Below are positions 46,451 to 61,124 of a stretch of 64,000 bases of DNA, piece after piece. This stretch comes from the human T2T-CHM13v2.0 reference genome, Homo sapiens, in assembly GCF_009914755.1 (NCBI RefSeq), contig NC_060926.1. One strand, 5' to 3'. The notes beneath the pieces are model-generated. The model saw nothing but the letters and a program-made list of their open reading frames with translations, was not told the origin of the DNA and ran no database searches. Numbering within the stretch: the stretch's first letter is position 1; the number at the start of each line of letters is the position of its first letter. The translations under genes were made by a program, and so were the position numbers.

Positions 46451-47887
46451 CATGATTGGACTTCCATAGGATGAAATGATTAATTTTTAACAGTAGGCAG
46501 TTATCCCCATTCATACCCTTTACCCCTCCACTTGAGTTAGAAAAATATTTTAAGGTGTAAATACCCATTAGGTGAGTATTTTATAACTAAAGGTTATAAA
46601 GGAACTTTCTGTAGCCACAGCAGATACTACACCAGGTCTCGGGCACCAGTGTTCTTATGGGGGGAAACTGAAATCACCTTCACAGATTTCATTTTTATAT
46701 AATTGTTTTGTAAATATGCATGTGTTACTTCTATATGGATATATAAATATACTTAAATAGACTTATTTAAAGATAAATATGTGTACATATACGTATATGC
46801 AGCCAATAATTTTTCAAAAATATAAATGCACCAATATGTATGTTATATACACTCAAATATGTATTTTCCCCAAATGACATCAATTTCATGGTTTTTATTG
46901 GTATTAAGTTTTAATGTTTTAAATGTTGTCTTAGTATCTCTATATATGGATTAATAAATATTCATATTTATGCCATCAATTTTAATAAAATGCATCTATC
47001 TAAATAGGTAGATGTATAAATACTGTATTGGTCAGTTTTTGCACAATAATTATTGACAATCAACCACTTAAACTCTTAGTGTCTTATTAACACTAAGTAT
47101 TTATTTTCATATTCCTGAATGTTCATTTTAATAATCAGTTGGCTGATCCCAAGGCAGGGCTCAGCTGGTTGGTTCGGCTGCAGGGAATCGAGCTTGTCTC
47201 CAGCCTATGGATTGCATTTATCTGAGGCCAAGCCTGAAGGACACTGACTACTCAGGGCAGAAGATTCTCATGGCAGGTCGCAGGAGTAGACAAATCCCAA
47301 ACCAAGCTGACCTGATACAATTAAGCCCGAGAATCTCTAACATAGGTACACACAACTTTAATTGATTCTTTCACTTGGTAATTATTAAAGTTTCTAAAAA
47401 TGTTTACTCCATTTAAACATGAAGTTATTTGATAATTCTATGGACATATATAATTATGATTTTCAACCTTTGTAATCTTCAAAATGTTTTCAAATGCAAT
47501 GTTGCATCAATTTGAAAGTAAAGCTGGGTGTGCTTTCAACATGTGACTCTCCATTGAAATTTTCTTAAATATCCTCATTGAGAAAAAAATAAATCTCTTT
47601 AGCTAAAATATCACCTAAAACATACCTTGTTAAGCTTTATGTAGATCACTTGTTACCGTGTTAAAATGAAGATTCTCTTTCAGGTAATTTGAGGTGGGCC
47701 TGCTATGTATCTTGCAAGGCACCCTCTCAGTATTGCTAAGGTGCTACTGGATTCTGGATAGTTTTGAGTAGCAGAGGACTTTCATATTAAGAGGAAAAAT
47801 GCTACATCCATGTTTAGGATTTTCTCTTGTTTTCCTTTTTGTCAAGGAAAAAGGTTGTCAAACGATTGTTATAACTATCTATTTATC

Positions 47888-48030
47888 TTTTTGTTTTGTT
47901 TTGTTTTTTGTAGAGACAGAGTCTTCCTATGTTGCCCAGTCCAATCTCAAACTCCTAGGATGAAGCAATTCTCCTGCCTTAGCCTCTCAAAGTGCTGGGA
48001 ATTACAGGCATGAGCTACCACACACAGCCT
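47888..48030 (-). mobile_element. FLAM/AluJ-type monomer
   Basis: tgtagagacagagtcttcctatgttgccc..caaagtgctggaattacaggcatgagc. Confidence 0.8.
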
Positions 48031-48932
48031 TATAATGTATTTCATACAGTTTCCTGATTTTTCTGTTTCATCTATGACTTAATGAAGTTTTCTTGCTATG
48101 AACCCAGAGTTGCTCGTAAGACGTGATAGCACATTCGAGTATATTCTGGGACAATCTGTAACTGGCAAAGTTTTGAGCCTTGTGGAAAGAGCAACCTTAC
48201 TGACCTGTCAGCTGTCAATTCCCCATCGCTACTATCACTTCTGGACGCACATTTTCCAAAACTCCTTTTCTCTCTATGGTTTCTTTAGAGTTGCTTAATG
48301 AGAGGCACTCCCATGAGATTGGGAAGTCAGAGTGGTGGATTCATGTACTCTGACATCTGAAGTAAAACATGTGGAATTGTTTGTGGACTGGAGAATCACC
48401 TGGAGACGTGCTGCAGGCAGCTGAGAGCATCAGCACCCCAGCCCTCGGCTTCCCAGACAGGTCTGAGGATCATCACACGGTACTCAGCACATACCACCAG
48501 GGGCAGGTGCACTCTGACTTCTGCAGGAGCACCTGAGAATCCCCTGTCTCTAGTGGCTGCTTCACGAATAACATACCGTAGGCTTCAAAAAGACTAGTTT
48601 AGACTCTAATTTATTCAACTTGAACAATTTCTCCTTGAAATACCGAGAATAGCTTCTCTTTTGCTGTGTAAATTCCAATTATCCCATAACACAGACTCCT
48701 CAGGTGGACTTGTATCTCTTCCTTATTCAATCAGGACAGGCATTGTCACATCTTTTCTCCTGGGGATAGGGGCAAAAGAGGCTTAGAGTTCAGAGGAGCC
48801 TCCCTGGTCCCCTCTACAAAAGTCTCCCAATGACTTTCAAAACCTGACTGAGTTTGAGAAATGCTCTCAGCAGATGGAGGCACCAGGAGGAGCATCTGGG
48901 GTGGCTCGTCCTCACACATCTGCTTCCTTGGA

Positions 48933-49437
<505 letters not shown>

Positions 49438-49523
49438 GCTGTGTCCTGACTGAGACTGACTCCTGCACAGGGTGCGACCAGCCCATAAAAAAGTCTTCAG
49501 GGCAGGGGGCTGTGCTCTGGAAC

Positions 49524-49567
49524 ATGCAAATCAATCAGCAGGGCATGGGGCAGGCTGAGCACAGCTG
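49524..49567 (-). promoter_or_regulatory. IGKV1-39 promoter octamer + E-box
   Basis: atgcaaat at 49524-49531; cagctg at 49562-49567. Confidence 0.88.
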
Positions 49568-50419
49568 CAGGGCTGGCTCATCTTAGTAACTCAGCACAGG
49601 GGCAATGTCCCCAGGGTCCCAGGTCAGACCAGCGCAGCATAGATTTGCCTGGAGGGAATGTATTTCTCTCTAGAGCCGCTGTTGTGACAAGAGATATTTT
49701 GAAGGAAAAAAGTCAAACTTTAATACAAACCTAAGGACTATATGGAATAATATATTTTAGAGTTGTATTGGGAGTATACAGGAGAGTATAACCATTCGTA
49801 GGGAATGTCTAATGAAGTCTTAGAGGGTGGGTCTATCAGGCCTTCAAGTTACTTAAAGGGATGTGGAGAGTAACAATCCCTTTTGCTATAGTAACAACAC
49901 CTCTGTGATTGTCACATGGTTCCCATTGTTTCATGTGAGAAAAACAGTCTTTATCAGAAGCATATTTAATACACTCCAAAGTATTTGTAGTGACCTTAAA
50001 CATTTGTAATTACCAGTATATTTACAAGCAATTCCCTGCAGATGCACGATAATGATGCTGTGATTCCTCAGCGCCTGTGCCACTCATAGATCTTCCATTA
50101 TCCAGAGCTATAGGTCTCTGTAATACCCAGGGTCTCAATGGGCAGCAGCTTCGTCTTGGTTTGGGGCTCCCCTTATTCTGCCCATTTTTCTGCCCTTGGG
50201 TATTATTTCCCATAGGTCATCAGTATGAAGGGTTGATTAGTAATGCTAGATCTGTTTACTTCAAAAAACATCTCTGTTTCTTCCTCCAGCTGTTGAAGCC
50301 TGAATCAGGATAAACTTGAAACTCTGGGTCAATCTAGAACCCCACATCAATTGTCTCCAAAGGAAGAAGGCCAAGGTAATGCAACTTGCCTAATGCTCTG
50401 ATCTGCTTTTCCCACCATA

Positions 50420-50911
50420 ATGTTTGTGAGTGTTCAGGTGTGGCTCTCAAAAATCATGGCTTTCTGGAAAGCAATGGGAGGGAGAGGCCCTGGGGAAAGG
50501 CCAGGTCAGTGAACACTTTCTCTTCTGTGAGGGTGGCGACCACTCAGTGCATTTCCCTGCCCTGCACCATCAAAGCCACTTTTCTCTTTAGCAGTGAGTA
50601 GGGACATCATCCTGACTCAGACGCCTGCCTCCTTGCCTCACATCCAGGAAAGAGAGTCTCCATCTCCTGTCAAGCCACCGCTCATGTACACGGAGAAATG
50701 CTTTGAAGCTGGATAAAACTTGGAAACAGATTTGAACCCCTATACCTCACATGTCTGCCTCTGCCCAGGCATCCCAGCCTGGTTGTGCAGCAAGGGAAGT
50801 GGAATCAACTACATCGACATGAGAAGACTAGAACCTGGGGAGTCCAGGGAGCATTACTCATGCATCACTAAGGGTGGGCAGACTGCTGTGGTATAGCCTG
50901 TACACAACCCC
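50420..50911 (+). pseudogene. Unnamed V-kappa relic, family A, head-to-head with IGKV1-39
   Basis: Leader 50420-50474 MFVSVQVWLSKIMAFWKA (donor lost). Acceptor ttag at 50591; AVSR-DIILTQTPASLP/HPGKRVSISCQATAHVHGEML*SWIKLGNRFEP../IPAWLCSKGSGINYIDMRRLEPGESREHY. Degraded RSS TGCTGTG + 12 bp + CACAACCCC. Confidence 0.85.
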
Positions 50912-52831
50912 CTGCTCCTTTCCAGGGGCCTGAATTTCAAGGGCAGTTACTGGTAAACTGCTTGCTAAGATTTAGGTTCAGAGAGAAGCAGTTCTGGATT
51001 GCAATACACAATTTCGTGTGTGTGTGTGTGTGTGTGGGGGGGGTGAATATAGTTGTCACTCTTGCTACCCTTTCCCTTTTCCCTTTGCTGTACTTCTGCT
51101 GACCCCCCATGGCCATATCTTTTCCTCACTGCTCTATCTGAAGCTGGAGAAGGCAGCCCTGCCTGTACACATGGCCTATCACAGCACCTGGAATGAGCAT
51201 CCTCTCGGAAAGCCCTCAATCAGTGAGGACAGGGAGGTGTATACATACCCCATCTCCCTCCCTTCTTAGGTGGAAAAATACTGAGACATTTTCCCATGTT
51301 TCCACGTGGGCTTGATCTCCATTCATCCTCTGTGGTAGCTTCTCGCTGAGGACATTTTCGGTATCGCTGCTCTCTTTCCTCTCTCACTGCCTTGTTTCCT
51401 CCTAGTGTTTACTGTGCATTATAAATATGCTGCCTGCATGGGCATCATTGTCCCTGAAAGATCCAACCTAAAACAGTGGACAAACCCTCATTCTTGGAAA
51501 GTATAGTCTGAATACTTGCCAATTCTTTTTTTTTCATGCATAGGGATATTCAGAAAATTTAGGAAACAGCTGAATTATCTAGGAAAGACAGCGTCATCAG
51601 AAGGGTCTTTATAATAGGGAGGAGTGGGGGTAACAGTCAGAGAGGAATAGGGACAATGGACAGGGATGCTTCAGTGATGGAGAAAGGGGCCAGGCAGCCC
51701 GGAACATGGGGCTATCTTTGAAGATGAAAAGCTGAGAATCAGATTCTCTCCCCTGGAACTTCCAGAAGGAATATAGAACTACGGATACCTTGATTATAAA
51801 TCAGTGAGACTTCTCACTGCCAGAACTGTATGATAATAAATTTGTGTTGTATGAAACTAGTAAGATTCTGATAACTTGTTACAGCAGGAGTAGGAAACTA
51901 ACACAAGGGGCAGGGGTGTCTTTTACCTCCTTAAGGGCATGGTTGCCCTCTGTTCTTCCAAATATTTTTATCTTGTCATTTTTTAGTGTCAATTTTAGCA
52001 AGACACACAGAAAATTTCACTGTGAAGATGGCTAGCACCAGAATCCTTGTTATGTGTAAACACTCTTGCATAAATCCCTTGATTAACTCTCGTACTCTCT
52101 GGATATGTGATTAACTCTTGTATCCTCTGGATATGAGAAAAGTAGGGGAATATTTGTTCATTTGTTTTCATATTGGGGGAGAAATCAGATTTACAGGACA
52201 TCATTTGAGAAGGAAGGACTGGGACAGAAAGATGAGAATGGTAGAAAAGATGCAAAGTGTTCAGGGCAATGCAAGATGTGCTCTTGCCCTCGAATCTGAA
52301 AGAAAGACATTTAGTATTTGTAAAGACTTTGAGGAAGTTTTGCTTTGTAGACAAAACTGCATGAGGGCCTGAGTTTATAATTGGAGTAATCACGGTAAGG
52401 TGTAGAGGTAGCAGGGAGCTTGTGTTGAGAATTTCACACCACTCTTCTGGCTTTGTCTCTTCTTTGAATTTAAAGGCCATTCAATCGTATATGAAACAAA
52501 CGTGGCCATGTGGAAGCAACATATTTAAGGTTATGCAGACCTGGGTTCCAAGCTCAGCCCTGACAATTGCTGACCACATATCTTTGGGCAAACCATCTCT
52601 GTTGAATAGTTTCAACTACGGGCTCTGATAACAGTTTACTCATCTGAAATGTATCACCAAGGGTATTAAGGGCTGTCCTGAGGGTTTCTCTAGTTGATGA
52701 AAAGACTGCTTTTCATACATATATATGTGCATATATATGTATGAAAAGACTACTTAGGGTCCCTTTTATGCGTCCTTGAGTATCTTAGAATGAAGATTCT
52801 AGATAAGATACTACTAGTCACATGTCATTTT

Positions 52832-53419
<588 letters not shown>

Positions 53420-53624
53420 TCAGATGTCATTTTCAACTAAGAACTGTCAATATTTATTCTGTAACTAACAGATGCCCCTGTATATACTGGGTGGCTTCCT
53501 GTACAATGTTTCCATCATAAAAATCTTCTTCTAACCAATTATGTGTAACATTAGAGAAATGAAGGTGGAGAGTGCAAATCATCATACTACCTTTAGGCTG
53601 GACTTATCCTAAGCCCCATTTTTA

Positions 53625-54130
53625 TTAGAATTCTTGGGCTGCTATAACAAATTACTAAAACTTTGGTGGCTTAAAGCAACAGAAATATATTCTCCTCCTA
53701 TAGTTCTGGAGGCCATAAGTCCAGCACTAGTTTCAGGGGTCAAGAGCAGGCTGTCATCAAAGCTTCTGCAGGGACTCCAGCGGGGAGTCTACTTTTTGGC
53801 TTCTTCCAGCTTTTGGTGGCTTCAACTTTCTTTGGCTTGAGTCCACATCACTTCAATCTCTGCCACTGTCTTCAAATTGCCTTCTCTTCTGCAGACTTTG
53901 TTAAAATGTCTGTCTATGTCTATCTTATAAGGACAATCGTGATGTCCTTATAAGAGAGATAGACAGACATTTAATAAAGACAGGCCCATTTAGGGCCCAC
54001 CTGGTCAATACAGGATAATCTGCCCAATTCATAATCCTTAATTTATATATGCAAAGGCCCTTTTCCTATATAAGGTATATGTATCGGCTGCATGGAATAG
54101 AACCTGAGCATTTGAGCATCATACTCAACA
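53625..54130 (-). mobile_element. MLT1B/C-like LTR (paralog of 18843-19290)
   Basis: ttcttgggctgctataacaaattactaaaactttggtggcttaaagcaacagaaat. Confidence 0.75.
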
Positions 54131-54896
54131 ATAAACCATTAAAGAACATACTATCAGTGTTGGTACTATACACACATCACAGGCTCTTCTCTCTCTCTCC
54201 TCCTTTCTCTCTCTTCCTTGTGACTATAAATTTCCTCACTTCCCTAAGTGTATCCAGTGCCACCTATGTCCAGGTTAGAGCAGCACACATAGGAAGGCCT
54301 TGCTGAGGTTTTGCTTAGAGACCTGCTCTATCCCTCATTATCATTCAGAAAGAAGGACACAGCCAAAGACAGCCCTCAGCCATCTGGGGAGCAGCTGTCT
54401 TTACAGAGGACAGTCACAGGCTATCATTCTCTGGACCTCTGTTTATCTTCAGATGTCTGTGGCCCTCAGCCCTCAGTGAGGGTCTGTGTGGCAACTGATT
54501 CGAGTAGGATCCAACAGGACCCTTATCAGAACATCTGGTTCACAGAAGGCAGTGAGTATAAGGTAGGAGATCATCAGGGCTTGTATTCTGAGCACTGATC
54601 ACAACACTGGTCATGACAACGCTGACCAGAACAGGATCTGGACAAAACAGGATGCACTACAGAAACTGGCCCAAACCAGCTAGAACAAAGATGGTGACAA
54701 AAACGACCTCTAGAGCACAGTGTGAGTGGATCTTCCCCTGGGGGCTCCCATCAGACAGAGTGGCAGCCATGGCTCAGTGCTGGGTGGTCATAGTATGAAA
54801 CCCCCCCACGGTCTTTTCATAGCCCCCCTCTGACTGCAGTGATGTGGGATTTCTCTGTCCAACTTTCATGGCTCCAGCAGCTTCCGGGACTCTGTT

Positions 54897-55380
54897 CACA
54901 GTGGGAGGTCATGAAGGTAGTTAGGTTACTGATGGCCAGAGTGACGTCTGTCCAGACTCACCCCCTTGACCCAGGCAGGCATCGTGTCCAGGGAGCAGTG
55001 GGAGCCAGCAGGAGCTCAGTGTCAGCCCTTATTTCACAAGGAGCTAGGCTAGACACTGTTATTTCCCTGACTGGCTCTGCTGGTGACAGTGACCCTGTCT
55101 CCTGGAACACAGGGAGGGGCCTGGAGATGAGCACCACACAATATCCCAACTGTCATATAAGGGGGGAACAAATATGAACATCCCCAAATATTAATTGTAA
55201 GTACATACTTCATTCAGTTTGATTAAATTCTGAGAAAGCAAAATGGGCTAAAAACTTCATCTTGAAGGAAACATTCATGTTTAATGCACAGAAACTGATG
55301 ATGAATCTTGAGTCCTCCCTCTTCACCAGAGAGTTGGAAAAACAGGAGGAAGAAGAGCAAAGCTGGGACCCCATGTCCAC
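54897..55380 (-). pseudogene. Unnamed V-kappa relic, family B copy 4 (leader + decayed V exon)
   Basis: Leader 55380-55327 GTGGACATGGGGTCCCAGCTTTGCTCTTCTTCCTCCTGTTTTTCCAACTCTCTG|GT. Exon 55156-54904 ..GATATTGTG..PGDRVTVTSRASQGNNSV..ELLL..MPAWVKG..TDVTLAISNL, ending CCTCC followed by CACTGTG (54903-54897). Confidence 0.8.
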
Positions 55381-55424
55381 GAGGGCCTCCTGAAGCTGAT
55401 CTGCTCACAGAGGGTGGGGAAGAT

Positions 55425-55805
55425 GGATGAGTCAGCTTCCGCTGCCACACCGTAACACGGGGCTGGATGGCTAAACCACAGAATTTAATTTTCACATTTC
55501 TGGTGCCTGGAATATCCCAGATCGACGTTCAGCAGAGTTTGTTTTCTGCTAAAGACCTTATTCCTGGTTTGTAGGTGCCACCTTCTCACCATGTCTTCAC
55601 ACAGCCTTTCCATGGAGGGGAAGGCGGTTAGAGAGAGAGAAGAAAAAGGAGAGGTCTCTGGATCCTACAAAATCATGAATCCTACTGGATCAGGGACACC
55701 CCCTGCCATGACCTCAATTACATCTTTAGAGGTTCTGATTTCTACAGTCACATTGAAAATTAGGGTTTCAACATGAATCTGAGGGCACAATTCAGTCCAT
55801 AGCAG
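55425..55805 (-). mobile_element. MLT1A-like LTR in relic-B promoter
   Basis: ggctaaaccacagaatttaattttcacatttctggtgcctgg..gtttcaacatgaatctgagggcacaattcagtccatagca. Confidence 0.75.
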
Positions 55806-58800
55806 GTGGGACACAGCCAAGGCCGTGCTTCCAGTCTCAGGGCATGGGGCAGGTTCCCACAGCTCAGCACACGGGTGGCTCCTCCCAGGTGCCCAGGTCA
55901 CAGGGAAGATTTGACTCTAACTCTAGGGCTCCCTGTTGATAATGGGACACCAGCACTCCTACTTCCCAGTGTTCCTGAGACCATGGTGCTGTCCTTTGTT
56001 CATTGTGGAGCATGTGTGCCATCTTCAGGCAGGTCTTTGACATAGCAACTTATGGGACATTTGATTCTGTGATTGTGAAAATTAATTAATAGATTAATTA
56101 GTCATAAATAACAAATTAAACAATACATTGAATCAGAAACAAAGGAGGGCCAAATGAGGAGCTTAAAAGGAGTCTGAGTGTCTTAAAAAGACGTATTCCT
56201 TTCAAACAAGAACAGTTAGAGTCACAGATTTTTTTAACAATAACTTTTTAGTAGCAATTATGAAATAGTAAATGATAACTTCAAATAGGCTACTACAAAT
56301 ATAAGTTTACAGTCAAAAAATATTTTCAAGAATCATGTAAACACATTTTCAGATTAAAACAAACAAACAACGAATGTGGGTTTATCTGCAGATCCACTCA
56401 CTGGAAAACTTCTCAAATGTGTGATTGAGTCAAAAGTACATTTGTCACTGATGGAAAGCTCCAGGTTTGTTTTTTTTTTTTCTGTTTTTGTTTTTAGTCT
56501 TTAGAAGAAAACAGCTTTCTCTCCACTCTGTCCCACCTCATGCTGCTGAGGATGGCTGGGCAGGCAATGACTGTGAGGAAGGAGGAAGGCTGTGTTCTCA
56601 GGGTGTTCGTGCCTCCTGCCCACCGGAGTGACCTCACGGAGCAGAGCCACCTACACCACCAAGGCCACCTGCCTGCCTCTGCACTGCCATGGCAACAGAC
56701 AAAGAAACCTTGTTACATTTAGTTCACCATATTATGAGGCTTCTTTGTAATTAAATTTGATCATGCTCTGATTCTCCTTGTATCTCTCCCCTTTCAGTTT
56801 TGGGGATCATATACTTTTCACTATTTTGACTTGAGAATATATGCCTTTGGGATATCAGCATCATGTAGGTGGTATCTTTGTTTGCTTTCTCCAAAATATA
56901 ACTAACTACCTTGAATGGGTTTTCATTTTATCTCCTGTCTCGCAGAAAAGCAGAAACTCAAGGTGACTAGGTGCTGTCAATCCCAGGAGGGCTAAAGGTG
57001 ACGATGGCATTGCTTACCTCGTGCTCTTGCTACTTACATTTTATTTTCTTTTACTGCATTATGTAATAAAATATAGGGTCAATGATGCATTAATTAGTAT
57101 TTTTCAATAACATATTGAGTGTCTCATATTTCTTAGTTTGAGAGCTCCGGTCTAATAAATATCTATGTACATTTTGCCACGCAACTTTTAAACCTAACAG
57201 AAATGACACATTGGAATTTTAATTGCACTTCCTATGGAATCTGTTATCTTGAAATAAATCATCTCAAGTATTATTTAAACCCTTAGCCTGTATCAGGATC
57301 TTGTTCTGTTGATTCAGTCTTTTGTGTCTCTACACCGTGTTATCACATGTGACAGACATCACTCATTACTCGGGTTCGTGTAAATTTATTTGGCAGAATG
57401 ATCAGATCATGGATGCAGATTAGTGGTAACACAAGTGAAATACATGTTAGAAATGACTGGTTTGGGGATAGTTTTTTGCATGATAACACTTGGTCATATT
57501 GCAAAATTGCTGTCTTCCCACTTTCCAAACTTTCTCCTTTACCACTCACACGAAACTGCCCTCTCTAGCATTATGGTAGAGAAAGCACTGTTGCTTTTTT
57601 AACGAAAGCATTTCTGTTAGGTTTAAAAGTTGCATGACAAAATGTAGATAGATATTTATCAGACTGTAGCCCTCAAATTAAGGAAGCATATAAATTTAGA
57701 GCACTATTGTCAATGGAATATATTAAGAGCATAATTTTTCTATGCATTAACAACTAAAATAGAGGATTCAGATTTATTTTCAGGAATAGTATCATATAAA
57801 AATAATGCATTTATTCATTCTTTGAATCATTTTCTTATGACAACATAGCACTAAAAATTTTCTCTTTAAAATGCTATGTCAGTAAAATATTTTTAAAATT
57901 CTAAGAATTTGAGAAGGAAATAAAAATCTCATATAATTCTGCATTGTTCCTGTGGTACATTATGTAAACTTTATGTTCTCCATCTGAATTATTTTGTCTA
58001 TTTTCAAAGCCCACTTTTGGAATTGGAAGAACTCTATTTTCAGTCAGCAAAAGGCAACTGAGGCAAATCAAACTATTTTGGTATTAGGATTTATATCTGT
58101 CCTGGATTTTAAAAATCCATAAGTAGTAAAAATAATTATCCTTGGCCATACTCCCATGAAAATAGCTGGTGCAGAATGCTTTTTCCACCATAATACTAGA
58201 GAGGGCAGTTTCATGTGAGTAATAAAGGAGAGAGAAAGTTTGGAAAGTGCGAAGACTTGGCTCCACCCAGGAAGCCATGCAGCAGTGCTTTCAACTCTGT
58301 GGTTCTTCACAAGTAACACATTTGGCCCCTTTTTGGATCCACATCATCAACTGCCATCACCACCACCAGCCACATCCCCACCCACCATAATCAAGGGCAG
58401 TGTAATTGAACAATAGCTGATCTCTCTTATGTTCTCTTCATGCTCCCATTCCTGCAGTCTGCCCAATCTCAAATTCTGAACTTTGGAAAATAAAACTGTT
58501 TACCTCATCCTGTATTTTCTCAGTGATCCCTGGAAAATACTACATCTTTAGTATACTGCATCTTCCAGTGTATGCATTTTATTTTTAAAACCAACTTTCA
58601 AAATTTCAAGAACTCCCTTTTTCTATCAGCAAGAGGTAATTGTAATCAAAGAGTTTTAGTATTAGGAACTTGCGTCTGCTATGAAATTACAAAATCTATT
58701 TGACACTCACAACCAAGATCTTACTGATTGTCCTCAGCCAGCTCCGCCAGAGGAGAATTAGTGAATAATCCTGTCTCTACTGTCTCATGGAGTGGAGAAG

Positions 58801-59126
58801 AATGGCAAACAGGAGAAGTAGGAATTTAAAAAGTGGGAAAATACCAATTTTACATATAACCAAATATTTTCTTTGAAAGGTACCCAAAACTGTTAAACCC
58901 TAAAATGTACTCAACATGTTTTGCCAGAAATGATCAGTAGTCTGGCCCTTTTGCTCAATAAATTTAAACAAATGTAGGCAAGGAAGGAGGATTCAGATGA
59001 GATTCCATTCTCCTTTCCCTATCATCCCAGTTTTTTACTCACAGGGCCCTAGAACCTCCTCATTTTCCTGTTGGTTATGAGAGTCAAGGCTGTGGCAGGT
59101 GACAGGAACATAAACAGGGGTGCTGA

Positions 59127-59292
59127 CCTGCCGCAGTGGCTCACACTGTACTGCCAGCACGTTGGGAGGCCAAGTCAGGTGGGTGGCTTGAGCCCATGAT
59201 TTTGACAACAGGCTGGGCAACATGGTGAAGCACCGACTCTACAAAAAAATAGAAAAATTAGCCATGTTTAGTGGCATGCACCTGTAGTCCCA
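59127..59292 (+). mobile_element. Truncated AluJ-like element
   Basis: Diverged left arm plus the start of the right arm. Confidence 0.75.
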
Positions 59293-59422
59293 GGCAGAGT
59301 CCTCAGAAGCAAACCCTGCCCTGTATTCTCCAACAGCCTCCTCTTTTGCAGACTCAGAGACGCTGCTGACCTGCTCCCCAGACAAGCAGTGCATGTGAGC
59401 AGCTGGGGCACCACAGCAGGGA

Positions 59423-59450
59423 GGTTTCTGTTCAGGGCTGTACCACTGTG
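59423..59450 (-). other. 12-RSS of IGKV2-40
   Basis: CACAGTG + 12 bp + ACAGAAACC. Confidence 0.95.
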
Positions 59451-60186
59451 GAAGGAAACTCTATACGTTGCATGCAGTAATAAACTCCAACATCCTCAGC
59501 CTCCACCCTGCTGATTTTCAGTGTGAAATCAGTGCCTGACCCACTGCCACTGAACCTGTCTGGGACTCCAGAGGCCCGATAGGAAAGCGTATAGATCAGG
59601 AGCTGTGGAGACTGCCCTGGCTTCTGCAGGTACCAGTCCAAATAGGTGTTTCCATCATCACTATCCAAGAGGCTCTGACTAGACCTGCAGGAGATGGAGG
59701 CCGGCTCTCCAGGGGTGACGGGCAGGGAGAGTGGAGTCTGGGTCATCACAATATCCTCACTGGATCCTGAAATAATAACAGAGAAGTGCAAGTTTATATA
59801 GATACATTATGAGCAACTTTCATAATTTCTCTTGTGATATAAATTTACAGTTACATTTTTAAAGTTTTGATTTATATCATGAAAAGTAGACTTTCTAAAA
59901 TAGACCCATTATTTATTAGCCACAAGGGAACTCTTTTTTTTCAAGTTCTTAATCAGAGCACTGGTCATCGTTCCCTGGAGGTGAATCCTGATTATTCATA
60001 AGACAAACCTGAATTCCATTCCCTGGAGCATAGACCATGTGCCTCTATCACATTATTGGAATAAACATGTGAAGCTGTGGAGCCCACAGAGCTCACCTCC
60101 CACCCAGTTGTCCTCCCTCATCTCTTTCTGTCCTTACCAGGGACCCAGAGCATTAGCAGCCCCAGGAGCTGAGCAGGGAGCCTCAT
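59451..60186 (-). CDS. IGKV2-40: Immunoglobulin kappa variable 2-40, functional V segment; exons 60186-60138 and 59766-59451
   Basis: Leader [20 protein letters not shown] intron, [56 protein letters not shown], intact RSS. Cannot be told apart from IGKV2D-40. Confidence 0.95.
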
Positions 60187-60240
60187 GGTGAGAAGGTGAA
60201 CTGAGGAGTCCTGATCAGTCAAGGCAAGGATAGAGCTGAG

Positions 60241-60293
60241 CTTTTATCTCAGACTCACAAGGGAAGGTCCACCCTAGGGGACAATATGCAAAT
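60241..60293 (-). promoter_or_regulatory. IGKV2-40 promoter: octamer ATTTGCAT and TATA-like GATAAAA
   Basis: atgcaaat at 60286-60293; ttttatc at 60242-60248. Confidence 0.85.
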
Positions 60294-60971
60294 CACCTGG
60301 TGGGTGCAGTGGTGTGGAAAAGGTTGACGGGGCAGGGGGAATGTCTCTTCTGTGAACAATGTGATATAAATTGTCCTTTGGAATAAAACAGAACTAGATT
60401 CAGCCAAGTTTGCCCACAATCAAGGGAAGAAGGATCTGAAGGTGAAAGTTCGGACCTTTTGTAGGGACACACTGTGTAGGGCATGACTGTAAGAAAGCAC
60501 CAGAACCCTGACAATGTGGAAATGTGTGTCTAGGATACATCTCTGGGAGGTGAATGCCATCTGGCTTGATTCCCTCCCAGTCAATCTAGAGTATGAAACA
60601 GGCCCATCCCCACAAGCACTGCTGAACTGAGAGCCTGCAAATAAAAAGCGGCCTGGAGCCAGTTCAAGGGCTGTCTGGTATCTACTGTTTCCAGGATAAC
60701 TGTTCAAGAATGTTCAACTCAAATATTAGAATCTACTCTGCCTTGGCACCTGGTGAGTGAACAGCATAAGAGCTCTCTGTCCAAGCGCCTCACAGGGAGA
60801 ATGATGTGAGCCTCTACATTTAGAGCCAAGAGCCCAGTGTAAGAAAAAGGAAAGAGAGACAAAATTTTGTGCCTCCAGCAGCAAATTTAAAATTCCTGGT
60901 GACCAGTTGTTCAATCTGGGATCTATCTCATCATAATCGTCTCACACATACAAGGTTAACCAGAGGGCTCT

Positions 60972-61124
60972 TTCTTTTTTGTTGTTTCTGTTTTTGTTTT
61001 TAGTAGAGATGGGGTTTCATTCACCAAGTTGTCTGGGCTTGTCTTGAACTCCTGACCTCAGGAGATCTGCCTGCCTTGGCCCCTAAGGTAGTGGGATTAC
61101 AGGTGTGAGCCATTGTGCCTGGCC
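60972..61124 (-). mobile_element. Alu left-arm-only insertion
   Basis: Left monomer flanked by TSD CAGAGG(G/A)CTCT. Confidence 0.8.
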
